Origin: Paramoeba atlantica
Taxonomy: Eukaryota; Protista; Discosea
NCBI GenBank assembly: GCA_977017575.1
Contig: CDRNVI010000139.1
Span: 186,001-250,000, forward strand
Reading direction: 5' to 3'
Length of the DNA: 64,000 bases
Below are positions 1 through 15,100 of this stretch, in pieces (positions within the stretch are counted from its first letter, which is position 1; each line of letters starts with the position of its first letter). Below the pieces are notes generated by a model. That model was given only the letters and a program-made list of their open reading frames with translations. It had not been told where the DNA came from and did no database searches. The translations under genes were made by a program, and so were the position numbers.

Positions 1-744
1 CTTGTACACTGCACCAATAATCAAACGAGGCATCACGTAGTTCACGCAACTTGTACCATAAATGAAACAAGGACGAACGATGACGTAATCAAGTCTATTA
101 ATTTTTTTTTGAGTTTTCAAGAGAGAGGAGAGGGAGAAAGAAAAAAATAATAGAAAGAACAGAATGGAGAGGAGAATTGTGATTCAAAATCTCCAAAAAA
201 AAAAACAAAAAAAAAAAAAAAAAAAAAAAATCACATACCCTTCGACAGTGGGGAGGAACTTTTCGACCTGAGCCTTGTATTTGGCTACAATAGTCCATGG
301 GTCACACTTGGAATCTTCTTTCGCTCCTTTCTTGCCATCTTTTGGGGAATAGACAGCAGCGTCAGAAACTTCGATGAACCGTTTAACCTTGTTCTTTGCC
401 GCGTGTTGAGCCGCTCTCTTGGAAAGTTCCAAGACTCTCTGCTCATAATCTTCCGCAGGTTGACTGGCTTTAGTTTCAGCAGCACAATTGAAGACGTAGT
501 CATACTCCTCGGGGGCAGAAAACACTTTTGCAAGAAAGTTGTCCTTCGACAAATTTGCTTGAACGAAAGTGACCTTCTCGAAACAAGTTTTTTGTTCGGG
601 GGTGAGCCAAGAGGTCATGGGAAGAGCCTTGTCAGCAACCTTGATGGAGGAACACAAATCATTTTTCACCAAGTACACAACAAGATTACGTCCAACAAAA
701 CCACAACCACCCAACACAAGAACACGAGGTTTGGAATCAGCCAT
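1..744 (-). CDS. NAD-dependent epimerase/dehydratase (extended SDR) family protein, 5' part; runs off the left edge
   Basis: ATG at 744 gives MADSKPRVLVLGGCGFVG (Rossmann GxxGxxG), YDYVFNCAA, and a YxxxK-like VAKYKAQVE. Intron 238-95 (GTATGT..TAG) joins to GLDYVIVRPCFIYG. Confidence 0.85.
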
Positions 745-961
745 TGTCTTGGAGTACAACCACACACACACGAGAAAACACAAACCAACACAAAACGCTC
801 TCACACAACCCCAACCGATTCTTCAAGGACCATACCTCACATTCAAAATATACTGTAAATTACCGTTTTCCACCACAGAATTCCGACCTATTGCGGGTCC
901 AGGCACACGTGGCATTTTACTATGGAAAAGTTCACACCATCTGATTGGGACAAAATAAGCC

Positions 962-983
962 CAAAAAATGGATCCATTTTTTG
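962..983. repeat. Perfect 22-bp palindrome CAAAAAATGGATCCATTTTTTG in the divergent epimerase/U2AF65 intergenic region
   Basis: Self-complementary, read directly from the sequence. A CACGTG lies at 906-911. Confidence 0.85.
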
Positions 984-1372
984 AGCCCTATTATCACCAC
1001 TGAAAGGTCCCTTTTTTCTGTGTTTGAGATTCGACCTTGGGTTTGTTTTCGTGTTTTTTTGGGAACCGAAAAAACGGAAAAGAAGAAAAATGTATCTTCG
1101 TTCACCATTTTTTTGATCCTTCTTTCTTTTTCTTTTTTTTCTTTTTGAATCAAATAGAAAAACAATCGAACAGTTGATTTTGTTTCTTTTGTTTCTGTCT
1201 TTCTTTGGTTTCCCCCCTCCTCCTCTCTCTTTTTGAAAAGTTCGGATTTTTGGTTGGTCCGGATTTTAGCTCTTATTAAATAGTGTCAGGTCGGGACTAA
1301 GGTTTTTCGTGTTTTTTCCTCTTTCCCCAACCCACCCACCCACCCAAAAATCCTTCAAACAAAAGGATTGAG

Positions 1373-3877
<2,505 letters not shown>

Positions 3878-4059
3878 AAGAGAGGAGATTGAAACTCACT
3901 CATTTTTGATGTGGGGTTGTTTTGAAAAGTGATCACTCTTTGGGTTCTTCTCCAACAAAAAAAATAAAATAAATAATTGCGATTTTTTGGAATCGAACCC
4001 TTCCTTCTTTTTTTGGTTGTTCTCCTTCTTGCTTGTTCTTTTTTGTGTGTTGTTTGGTG

Positions 4060-4530
4060 ATGAGCAACCGCTCACAAAAGAAGAAAACCAGGAAAGGGAC
4101 GAAAAAGCATCCCCAATCTCAATCAGTCAATGAACTTTATCGAAAAGTGACCGAACTTGAAGATCAACTTCGTCGAAGGGATATTGCGATCTCTTATCCT
4201 CATCAGAATCAGAGCTCCCAAGAACAGCTTCCTCCCATGCTCGGTCATACAAAAGGGAACACCAAGAGTAACCGGAAAGTGGTAAAGAAGTTACAACAAA
4301 AAGAACTTCAAATTATGTACAGTTATTTGTTGACTTTGGTTCCTTCTGCTGAAAAGAATGATGAAGGATCTTCTCGCAGGAGAAAACGCAAGAGAAAGGA
4401 AGAGGTGATTGAATTTGGGGATGAGCAATTTTCCAGCTGTGAAGATGAAAACTTTGGTGATGATTCTTTTTATCATGATCTGGGGTTATCAATGATCGAC
4501 GATGATGAATTTGACGATGGCTATTTCTAA
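4060..4530 (+). CDS. Hypothetical basic/acidic protein with coiled coil, possible NLS and weak HLH-like segment
   Basis: 156-codon ORF from ATG 4060 with protein-like composition (VNELYRKVTELEDQLRRR; KELQIMYSYLLTLVPS; RRRKRKRK; acidic tail). No confident family. Confidence 0.5.
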   Translation: MSNRSQKKKTRKGTKKHPQSQSVNELYRKVTELEDQLRRRDIAISYPHQNQSSQEQLPPMLGHTKGNTKSNRKVVKKLQQKELQIMYSYLLTLVPSAEKNDEGSSRRRKRKRKEEVIEFGDEQFSSCEDENFGDDSFYHDLGLSMIDDDEFDDGYF

Positions 4531-4793
4531 TCACTGGCAAAATCTCTCACAAAAGGAGAACAAACGGAAGAATTACAGCATTCAAAGTGTCATCAGAAAC
4601 CGAGGTATCTTTCTTTATTCTTTGAAAATGAAAAAGTGCAATTGTTTCATTTTGTGAAAGAGGTTTCAATTTGACAAAACCACTCTCTACAGAAAGGTGG
4701 GTGACTTAATTTACAGACATGACTCGTTTGAAGAGCCGAAAAATTGATTTCGAAGGGGATATTAACCGAGGAATATTCTCTCTCTCCTCTCTC

Positions 4794-6112
4794 TTAGGTT
4801 GCTCGTGATGTTCTTCTTCTTTTGCGAGTCTGTACTCCTTCTGGTGAGGATGATCTTTGCGTTGATAACTGTGAAGGGGAAGGGGAAGGGGAAGGGGCTG
4901 GAGCTGAGGAACCTGAAAAAAAGGATGGTTAACCTCCTCTCGATAAAAGTAACTTCCCCCAACTCTCCTTTTCTTTGTTTTTTTGAAGAAACTTACTTAC
5001 TTGAGGAACTTGAAGAAGAAGAAGAGGAACTTGAAGAAGAGGGGAGGAAAGTTTCAGGAAGCCTGTCGCCACATGATGGACATCTATCGCTTTGGTTTGA
5101 AGCGAGAATTTTGTAGCAGTGCAGATGGATGATCTTTCCACATCCGACACATTTGGTTCCCTAAAATCAGAATTATTGATTGTGTTGAATTATTATCACC
5201 GAAAAAAAGGAATAATGGTTCAAAAAAAGAGAGAAGAATACCCTAAAGCAGATTTCTTCGCAAGCGGCACACTCACGACCCTTCACAACACTCTCATCAA
5301 ATTCATCTGAAAATAATTCAAAATAAGAATAAGATTCTTGTTTTTGTTTTGAGTTAAAGAGAAAGAAGATTAAAAACCTTGAAAGTATGGTTTTAATTCT
5401 GCAATTGACCGAGCAGTTAAAGCCACCAATCCTTGTTGGGGGGACTCGAGCCATCCACCAGCAATGCATTTGGCAACAAACTCCCGTGGTACGTTGAGAT
5501 TCTTTGCTGATTTGGTTACAATTGGTTCTTTTGACTTCATCATTTCTTCAATCTAACTCAAACCAAAAAGTAAATCAACACAACAGAGAGAGTAACACCG
5601 GAGAGAAGAGAAAAACAAGAAACACAAACCACAACTTCAAGATGTTTTAATTCTTTCTCAGTAAATTCAGTTCCAATCGAGCTCCCAAATCGATCTTCTC
5701 GATCCATTTGCGTTGAAACAAGAACGTAGATTGGCTGGGTAAAATTTGGTTTCAGAACTTGGGGGGTTTTGGATAAAAAGAAAAAAACAAAAACAAAAAC
5801 AAAATGACCAGACAAGTCCGTTCATCATATGTCTTTCGAATCTCAAAATAGAGCCATCGAAGATGCTGATTAATTGTCATTATTAGAGCGTCTAAGTTTC
5901 TTTCTTTCACTGTGAATGTGAAAATTAAAAAATGGAAGCAGAAAGGAAACAACAAGGAAAAAAAACCAACTCTCAACATTCTCTTTCACTTTTCGAAAAA
6001 TTTTGGAAAGGTTTGCTTGCGTTTGCACTGGTTCTTGAAAGAACGATTGCACGAACACACGGTGTCCATTTGTATATACTTCAGGATCAGATTGGTTGTA
6101 CCGAGATCCCAT
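4794..6112 (-). CDS. NSMCE1: SMC5/6 complex subunit NSE1 (winged-helix + RING-like)
   Basis: Spliced exons give HRVFVQSFF, LDALIMTINQHLRWLYFEIRKTYDERT, IYVLVSTQMD..GTEFTEKEL, and a RING variant CAACEEICFRGTKCVGCGKIIHLHC..CPSC. The last exon ends RKRRRTSRAT* (TAA 4794-4796). Confidence 0.85.
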
Positions 6113-6400
6113 CCCTTCAAAAAAGAGAGATTCAAAAAAGAGAGAAGAAAGAGCGAGTGGGAGAGGAGAAAAGTCGTTTTTCCGTTGCAAAAAAAACACA
6201 AAGTCCAAAATTATGGTGTCCCTTTTTATATTGGACACCTTTGCCTTTTTCGGAGAAAATTTCGCCGAATTTTTTTGGACCAGGTCTGTTTTTCTCTTTC
6301 TTTTTGGTCGAAGTCAGCGAAAAGATAATGAAAAGAAAAAGATGGGGTCTGTGGTTTGTGTGGAAACAGTTTTCCAATTTTTGAATTTGAAAAAAAACAA

Positions 6401-7961
6401 ATGGAAACAAGTAGTATTTTTGAGGCGTTTCGAATTGCGCCGGATGTACCTGAAACGATGAGACTTTTCGGGAAGCTTTCGGGTCTCTATCTTCAGAGAA
6501 CTGCTCTTCAAAATGAGTTCTCGATTTCTTTTCTCGACTTTTTGAAGAAAGAAACTCACCAAGGCACTCGTGTTTTGTGGAATCTCTTTGAAAACAAGAG
6601 GAAGAAGATGATCTGTTCTTGTCTGGGAAAAAGGGTTACTGTTGTTGGAGGTTTGTGTTAATTCTCTCTTCTTTTTTTTTTCTCTTTTTCTTCCTTTTTT
6701 TTCTTCTTCTTCCCTCTTCAGATGTCAAAAAGAGAATTGTTTGATTGATGAATTGATTTTTCTTTCTTCAGCTGGTCCTGCTGGTTTACAAGCAGCGATT
6801 GACTATCGAATGATGGGAGCGAATGTTGTGGTTCTTGAAAAGCGACTCGATTTTGGACGACACAATGTAATGAAGTTGTGGCCTTCCAGTGTTGCTCACT
6901 TGAAATCGATTGGATTGAAATACTTTTTCCCTAAATTTTGTTGTGGAGGTTTGGAGCACATTAGTATTCGAAAATTGCAGCTTTGTATGACGAAAATCGC
7001 GCTTCTTCTGGGGATTGATATTTGGTTTGGGACTTCTTTTGAAGGTGTCGAATCCCCAAAATTCTCTGGAGCAGGATGGGATGTTCGAACTATTACACAA
7101 TCTATGGGAGATCTCAGGTTTTGCGAAAAGAGAGAAAGTGTGATCGTAACAGACATTTTGATTGGAGCAGATGGAGTCAGATCAAAGGTTGGGGAGTCAT
7201 GTAATTTTTCTCGACGAAAAGAAGGAGGTCGAACGAGGTTGTTGGGAATTACTTGTAACTTTGAGAAATATGGAACCATTGTTGAACGTAACTTAAAAGA
7301 ATTTAGTCTAATTTCATATCTCAACCAAAACCGATTTCGCAAGCTGGAGACAGAATATGGTATTCAATTGGAAAATCTTGTCTTTTTTCGAGATGAGACC
7401 TTTTACTTTGTGATGACACCCAAGATCCGTTGTTTGGTGAAGAAGGGAGTTCTTCGATCTGGAGAAGGTTCTCCACAACAACTTTTGGAATCAAGTAATG
7501 TCAATGTCGAAAAATTAGAAGACTTTGCTCGAGAGATTGGAGAATTTTGTGGTCTTCCTCAGTCTTCAAAGATGATCCTCGTTCGAGGAAAACCTGATGT
7601 TCAGATCTTTGATTTTTCAACGAAAATGTCTTGTACACAACAAATTCGATTTCTAGATGCGCCTTCCCATCTTGATGATGTGAACCCTTTGATGGTTGGG
7701 GTGGTTGGAGATGCTCTAATTGAACCCTTTTGGCCTTTGGGGACTGGTGCCAATCGAGCACTGCAGAGTGGTATGGATATTGCCTGGCTTGGGCAGAGAT
7801 TTTGTTCCAATGTTACAACAGAAGAGATTAAACGCGAAGGGCGACAAATTCTTCAGGCTCTTATCAATAGTGATGAAAATCTCTTAAAGAAACCCTCTTC
7901 TTTCACAATTGATCCTGCGTCTCGTTATGTGAAATTCTTGGTGGATGAAATTATTTTTTAA
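6401..7961 (+). CDS. MICAL-type FAD-dependent monooxygenase domain protein, standalone
   Basis: Intron 6651-6771 joins VTVVG to AGPAGL (GxGxxG). EKRLDFGRHNVMKLWP, KFCCGGLEHISIRKLQL, VGDALIEPFWPLGTG and FTIDPASRY all match the MICAL MO domain. The ORF stops immediately after. Confidence 0.85.
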
Positions 7962-8056
7962 AGAATTAATTTAATGTGTTTCACTCTCCCAAACCTTTTG
8001 TATAATAAAACACTTATTTAATGTTCTCCCCTATCACAACAAAAATAACTTTTTTT

Positions 8057-11000
8057 TTAATTTCTGTTTGGAAAGAGAGGGTGAGATCGTTTCCAAAGAT
8101 TCATATCCTCAATTAGAACTCGACACTCAGAAGATAAAAGATCTTCTTCGAGTTGTTTTGGTCCATTGAGACCAGCTTTGTCAAATGTGTGATTGCATCC
8201 ATAGAGATGGATTGTCATTTTTCGTCGATGGGGTGAATCTTTTGCAAGGTACCTAATTTGTTTCAAAGTATTGAGTAAATGAAGATTAAAAATACAATTT
8301 GAAGAAAGAAAAGAAAAACTTTTTGAAGAAAGCAACAATGTCTTCCTTTTTAAGAGTCGAAAGTGCTTCCGCTTCTTTTTCTCTGATACAAAATTCGTTT
8401 TTATTCGTAACAATTGAACTCCAGATTCGGTCTAGTGGATTAATTTTGTCAGAAATTGACACTTTTGTCTTAATTTTAGAGAATAAAACAAACTGGTTTC
8501 TTGAGATAAATGACGATCTTCCTTCAGTTTAAGAGTCATTAGAGACTTTACATTGGATTCAAAATTCTCATCTGTCATTTTTTCCAACTTTTCTTCAAAT
8601 TGAAGGAGAAAAGCTTCGATTCTCTTGAAAAAAAAGTCAATTCGCCATCCCCAAAAATCATTAACTTCAAAAAAAAACAATAAACCTGTTCCAAATAAAG
8701 GGGATCAGCAACCGAAGATTGTACAAGAAACTTAAAGCCTTCAATGCCATGAATTGATCGAACAGATGCAAAAACAATATACCCTAATTGCTCTTTTGTT
8801 CTCAATTGATCAAATGCGGCCTCTATGATGGAAAGTGAGGGTTATTTATTTTATAGTGAGAGGAAAGAAAGAGAAATATTTTGAAAAATAAATTGGAGAG
8901 AGGGAGTAAGTACCTCTGACTAATTGAGCGAAAAGTTCGGTAATGGCATTCTGACGGTGTGATTCAGGGCCAATTTGGAGATAAAAATAATTACATGAGT
9001 TCTTCTCTGTCGCAGATAATGCTCTTTTTTGTAATACTTGCCCTTTTCCAGCTGGTAACTCCAAAACTCTTCGATCTGGTTGCTGTGACTATTATTTTTT
9101 TTTGGGTATCAGTAAATTGGATTTCAGGAAATCTTTTAAGAAAATCTGAGCCAAACCAGAGGGAGATAGGTGGATTTCTCAAAACAGTTTTCGATAGTTT
9201 TTACAAGATGAATTGCTTCCGACGAAAGATAGTTCCCATGAATCAAAGCATCAATTTTGACATTTGAAAACAAACAAGCTTGTAATTTGAAGAGGTCATC
9301 TAGGGTACAAGAAATTAGTTGATTTCGTTGAAAATTGGGAAAAGATCGAAAAACCAAGAGAGAGTCGTTCTGCTTCAGAGATTTTTTCATCGACAGACCA
9401 ATAAACTTGATGCATCAAAAGGTCATTGAAGTAGCGACCATGCTCGTAAGGTTGAGCAATTGAAAAGTTTTTCAAGTCTCTCAAATATTTTTCCTAATAT
9501 TCCTCCATGAGAAATAAAAACCAAAAATTCTCAAGAGATTTCTGTTGAAACCTGAAGTGTTCGAAAGCGGTCAGCAGTTGGGGATAAATGATGTATTGTC
9601 TCAATAATTTTAAGAGTCAACAATTCGATCTTTTCATCAAATCCTTTGACATTCAAACGAATTCCATTCCAAACAGAGAACTTTGAAAGAACATTGAGTC
9701 TCAATTTGAGTAAGAGAGTTGAAAAGGAAAAAATCAAACCAAAGAAAAATCCAATCCAGCAATCTCAGCATCATAAGCGAATTGATTAAGAGCGTCTTCA
9801 CACAATCTGACAAACAAAGAAGTACAAACTGATCCCCAAGGCGAATTGTGTGTATGAGGAACAATAAATTTTAAATACACATTCGCTTTCGGTAATTCAA
9901 ACTTTGTATCCTAACACACATCACAAAAAATTAAGAGTCAAAATCAAAGAGATTGAAAGAAAAGAGATTGAAATGAAAAAAAAACCTGTTTGTGATACAA
10001 CCGAACCAATGGAGAGTCATAAATGATCTCTGGATCTCTTTCTTTCTTCAACCAAGGTTTTTGAGCAACTTCCTCTTCTTTCTCTTCGAGTTGAGGACCA
10101 TCATATGGTTTCACATCAAGTTTCTTGGGAATGAAAATGTTGGGTGTTGGTTCTTCCAATTCATCACAAAAATGAGCTTCTACCCACGAACTCACAACAT
10201 CTGTTGGAATTCTATCCTCATTAAACTTTGTTCCATACCACCTCTCTTCTCTCTCAGCTTTTCCTTCAAAAGAAGGTGACACAAGAAAAGCAACCATATT
10301 CTCAGGTGTTAACCTCGATAAAACAGTCTCCTTGATCAATTCTTCATCGAATTCATATAATATATATGGCCCTGATATTACATCTTCTGGATCATAGAGT
10401 TGCATCGATTGAGTAAGAGCCCCAACATACGAGGAAGGGCTGGACTTTTCTTTCATTTCAAACTCAATTTCGCCCATATCTTGAAGTTCTTGAAAGATAT
10501 GTTGTTTTGGACCTGCTTTTTGGAGTTGTTGAATGTATTGAAATATAATTCCAGCAACTTCAGTCCATCTTTCTTCTCCCAACTCACTTAAACTGACCTT
10601 CACAGAGAAAAAAGAAAAGTCGGGTTGAGATAAAGTCACCCCCGCACTCAATTGAGTTGCCAAGTTTCTCTCCTTGAGAACAGAGAGAACAGAGCCCTTC
10701 CCTTCATGTCCAAGTAAATGTGCCACATAATGACCTGGGTCTTTTCGATATTGACCCCTTTGTGGTGGAATTGGAAAGAGGAGGCGTAATAGGCGGAGAT
10801 CTTTAATTGGAACCATCCGAATCAACTTGTTGAGGTCTCCTGGCAAAATGAGAGGGGGAGCTCCTTTGACAATCGAGTCTTCATCACCATCAATCTTCCA
10901 TGGAGGATAGGGAGACGTAATTTTGAGATTCTTGATTGGAGAAAATTTCTTGGTTACCCATTCTTTCATAACTGGTAATGGATCTCGACCAACAACAGCC

Positions 11001-11860
11001 AACTTCATGATGGAAGAAGAGTAATACTTTTTGTGAAACTCAAACAGTCGTTCTCTAACATCAATTCCTTTTTCCTCAGTGTCAGTTTTGAGAGTTTGCG
11101 TGTTTCCTGTTGAAAACTTCGAATATGGGTGGCTTTGGTTGACAAGAGACTTGAGGAGCTGATTGAATCGTCGAACATCATTCTGTGGATTTCATTGGGA
11201 TTAGTTAAAAAGGAATTGACTTTTGAAAAAGAAATATGAATAACTTGTAGATTCTTCGAGAACTCGGATTCAATGGCATTTCGTTCACGATCAGTCGCAG
11301 ATTCAGTAAACAAAGGAGAAATAAAAAATTGTGAAAATCGATCAAGAGCTTCTTCCAACTTGTTATGAACAACATCAAAATAGTAGTTGGTACTTTCCGA
11401 AGCCGTATAAGCATTTGAATGACCACCATTTTCTTGAAGAAAAGAAGAGTAACTGTTTTCGTCTGGATACTTTTCAGTTCCAAGGAAGAGCATGTGTTCG
11501 AGAAAATGTGCCATTCCTTGAATTTCTCTCTGTACCAAAAAAAATGAGAAAGTGGGGTGACAACATGAAAAGAAAAGGAGAAAGAACTGGATCACAAAGG
11601 GCACCAACACGAACATCAAGAGCAGCGGCAGCTTGATCAGCGGTATCATCAGAAACGATTGTTACTTGAAGTCCGTTCTCCAAAAAGAAAACATCGTGTG
11701 GTCTCTTCTCTTTCTTAGGAAGACGAAACTCAATTTTGTCATGGAATGCCATTCTTGGGGTTTGAAGGAAAGAAGAGGAAGCTTGGAAGATTCTGTACTT
11801 TGGAAAGAAAGGTTTCCAAAGCAAATGGTTCAGCCTCCCCCCAAGAACGCAACCAAACAT
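8057..11860 (-). CDS. IDE: Insulysin / M16A zinc metallopeptidase, copy 1, with 36-aa N-terminal extension
   Basis: HFLEHMLF (HxxEH), [15 protein letters not shown] (distal Glu), [18 protein letters not shown]. Multi-exon. The upstream ATG at 11860 is in frame with MAFHDK. Confidence 0.93.
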
Positions 11861-12139
11861 CAAAACCGAAAAAGGTAAAAACGAAAATGGAACACGGAAT
11901 TTGATTCAGCAGAAAAGAAAAAGAATATTATGTAAAATACACTAAAAATTAATTTACACGTCATTTTCAAATGAGTCGGATCAAGGAAAAAATGAAAACT
12001 TAAAAGAATCTTGTGTTATTTCGGTGAAGGACTTTTGTTTTCTGTTTCTCTTTTGGTTCAGAGAAAGCTCAAGACGAAGTTTTTCTTCTTTTCTTCTTCT
12101 TTGTTTTACTTTGTTTTTCTTGTTCCTTTGCTTGTAGAA

Positions 12140-15100
12140 ATGGCAGCGAACGAGAAAATCGATTTCCGTCTTCCTAAGAAAGAGAAGAGACCACACGATG
12201 TTTTCTTTTTGGAGAACGGACTTCAAGTAACAATCGTTTCTGATGATACCGCTGATCAAGCTGCCGCTGCTCTTGATGTTCGTGTTGGTGCCCTTTGCGA
12301 TCCAGTTTGTATTTCTTATCAAAATACTTTCACTTTTCAATTTAATTTCAATTTTCATGACTTTGTTCCAATCTTAGTGGGAAATTCAAGGAATGGCACA
12401 TTTTCTCGAACACATGCTCTTCCTTGGAACTGAAAAGTATCCAGACGAAAACAGTTACTCTTCTTTTCTTCAAGAAAACGGTGGCCATTCAAATGCTTAT
12501 ACGGCTGCGGAAAGTACCAACTACTATTTTGATGTTGTTCATAACAAGTTGGAAGAAGCTCTTGATCGATTTTCACAGTTTTTTATTTCTCCTTTGTTTA
12601 CTGAATCTGCGACTGATCGTGAACGAAATGCCATTGAATCTGAACATTCCAAAAATATCCAGGTTTTTTGTCAAATTTTGTTTGATGTTCTTCCAAGAGT
12701 TGTGTGTTATGAATCGATTCAAACTCTTAATATTGACCTGAATAGAATGATGTTTGGCGCTTTCATCAATTGAGCAAGAATCTGGTCAACAAAGAGCATC
12801 CTTTCTCGAAGTTTTCAACAGGAAACATGCAAACTCTCAAAACTGACACTGAGGAAAAAGGAATTGATGTTAGAGAACGACTGTTTGAGTTTCACAAAAA
12901 GTATTACTCTTCTTCCATCATGAAGTTGGCTGTTGTTGGTCGAGATCCATTACCAGTTATGAAAGAATGGGTAACCCAGAAATTTTCTCCAATCAAGAAT
13001 CTTAAAATTACACCTCCATACCCTCCATGGAAGATTGATGGTGATGAAGACTCGATTGTCAAAGGAGCTCCTCCTATCATTTTGCCAGGAGACTTCAACA
13101 AACTATTTCGAGTTGTTCCAATTAAAGATCTTCGTCAGTTGAGGTTGATGTTTCCAATTCCTCCTGTAACAAAAAATTATCGAAAGAAACCAGATCATTA
13201 TGTGGCACATTTGCTTGGACATGAAGGGGAGGGTTCTGTTCTCTCTGTTCTCAAGAAGAGAAACTTGGCGAATGGGATTGTTGCTGGCCCGACCGTGACT
13301 GAGGCTGATTTTTCTGTATTTTCAGTCGCGGTTGATTTAAGTGAGTTGGGAGAAGAAAGATGGACTGAAGTTGCTGGAATTGTATTTCAATACATTCAAC
13401 AACTCCAAAAAGCAGGTCCAAAACAACATATCTTTCAAGAACTTCAAGATATGGGTGAAATTGAGTTTGAAATGATGGAAAGATCGACAGCCACAACTTA
13501 TGTCGGATTCTTAACGTCTACTATGCAACTCTATGACCCAGTTGATGTCGTTGCAGGACCTTTTATTCTTCATGAATTTGATGAAGAATTGATCAAGGAG
13601 ACTGTTTTATCGAGGTTAACACCTGAGAATATGGTTGCTTTTCTTGTGTCACCTTCTTTTGAAGGAAAAGCTGAGAGAGAAGAGAGGTGGTATGGAACAA
13701 AGTTTAGTGAGGATAGAATTCCAACGGATGTTGTGAGTTCGTGGGTAGAAGCTCATTTTTGTGATGACTTGGAAGAACCAACACCCAACATTTTCATTCC
13801 CAAGAAACTTGATGTGAAACCATATGATGGTCCTCCACTTGAAGAGAGCAAGGAAGGAGAAAAAAATTATAGGGATCCAGAGATCATTTATGACTCTCCA
13901 TTGGTTCGGTTGTATCACAAACAGGTTTTTTTTTTCATTTCTTGCTCTTTTCTTTCAATCTCTTTGATTTTGACTCTTATTTTTTTGTGATGTGTGTTAG
14001 GATACAAAGTTTGAATTACCAAAAGCGAACGTTTATTTTCAGTTTACAGTTCCTCATGCATACAACTCGCCTTGGGGATCAGTTTGTAGTTCTTTGTTTG
14101 TCAAATTATGCGACGATGCTCTCAATCACTTTGTTTACGATGCTGATATTGCTGGATTAAAATTTTCGTTGGTAATAATATTTCTCTCATGTCATCCTTT
14201 CTTTTTCTATTCTGATTTACTTCTGTTCTAGGTTTCTGTTTGGAATGGAGTCAGATTACGCGTCAAGGGATTTGATGAAAAGATTGAATTGTTGACTCTT
14301 AAAATTATTGATACAATGCATGATTTGGCGCCCTGTCCGGATCGTTTTCTTTCCCTGAAGGTAAAGATATCCCAGTTCATATTTTATTCTGGACCACTTT
14401 CTCATCTTGTGGAATTTTCTCTCCAATAGGAACAATATTTGAGGGACCTGCGGAATTTTGCTATTTCACAACCATATGAGCATGGTCGCTATTTTTCTGA
14501 TCTTTTAATGCATCAAGTTTATTGGTCTTTCGAAGAAAAGCTCGCTGAATTAGAACGTCTCACTCTTGGTTTGTTTTTCTTTTTTCTTCCATTCTTTGAA
14601 GATGAAATCTAACTCTCCCCTTTGTAATTCTACAGATGATATTTTTCGAATCAAAGATTGTTTGTTTTCACACGTTAAAATTGAAGCTTTGGTTCATGGA
14701 AATTATGTTTCGTCTGAAGCAATTCATTTGATCAAAAGTGTTGAATCTCGTTTCGAAAAATCTCTCCCTCTCCCTCTGGTCAATCTCTCTTTCATTGTAT
14801 TTTATTTAAATTTTTTTTTCCTTGGCTAAAAATTGTAAAATCTTTTTCAGTCACAACATCCAGACCGAAGAATTGTACAATTTCCTTCAGGAGCAGTTCA
14901 AGTCTTGCAAAGAGACGTCTTATCTGCAACAGAACCAAATTCTTGTCTTTATATGTTTTTTCAGATTGGCCCTGAGTCTATTCGGATGAATGCGCTTGCA
15001 GATCTTTTTGCGCAATTGATTCGAGGTTTTTCTTCTTTCTTTTTTACTTCTTCGTTTCATTCTTTCTCTCTTATTGATCCTTTTTTTTTTTTTGAAAACA

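Noticed and set aside
195-230. Long poly-A tract as a retroposon tail
   Set aside because: It is the poly-T tract of an intron on the minus (sense) strand, typical of introns here.
880-1030. U11 or U1 snRNA
   Set aside because: Only short word matches (GGCACACGT; AAAAAGGG..AGTGG..TAGGGC). Spacing to the Sm-like site and the stems do not fit. Kept only as a low-score finding.
4799-5310. Plus-strand ORFs with apparent in-frame TGA/TAG stops (possible readthrough or selenoprotein)
   Set aside because: They are antisense shadows of the NSE1 RING and tail exons on the minus strand, which splice cleanly.
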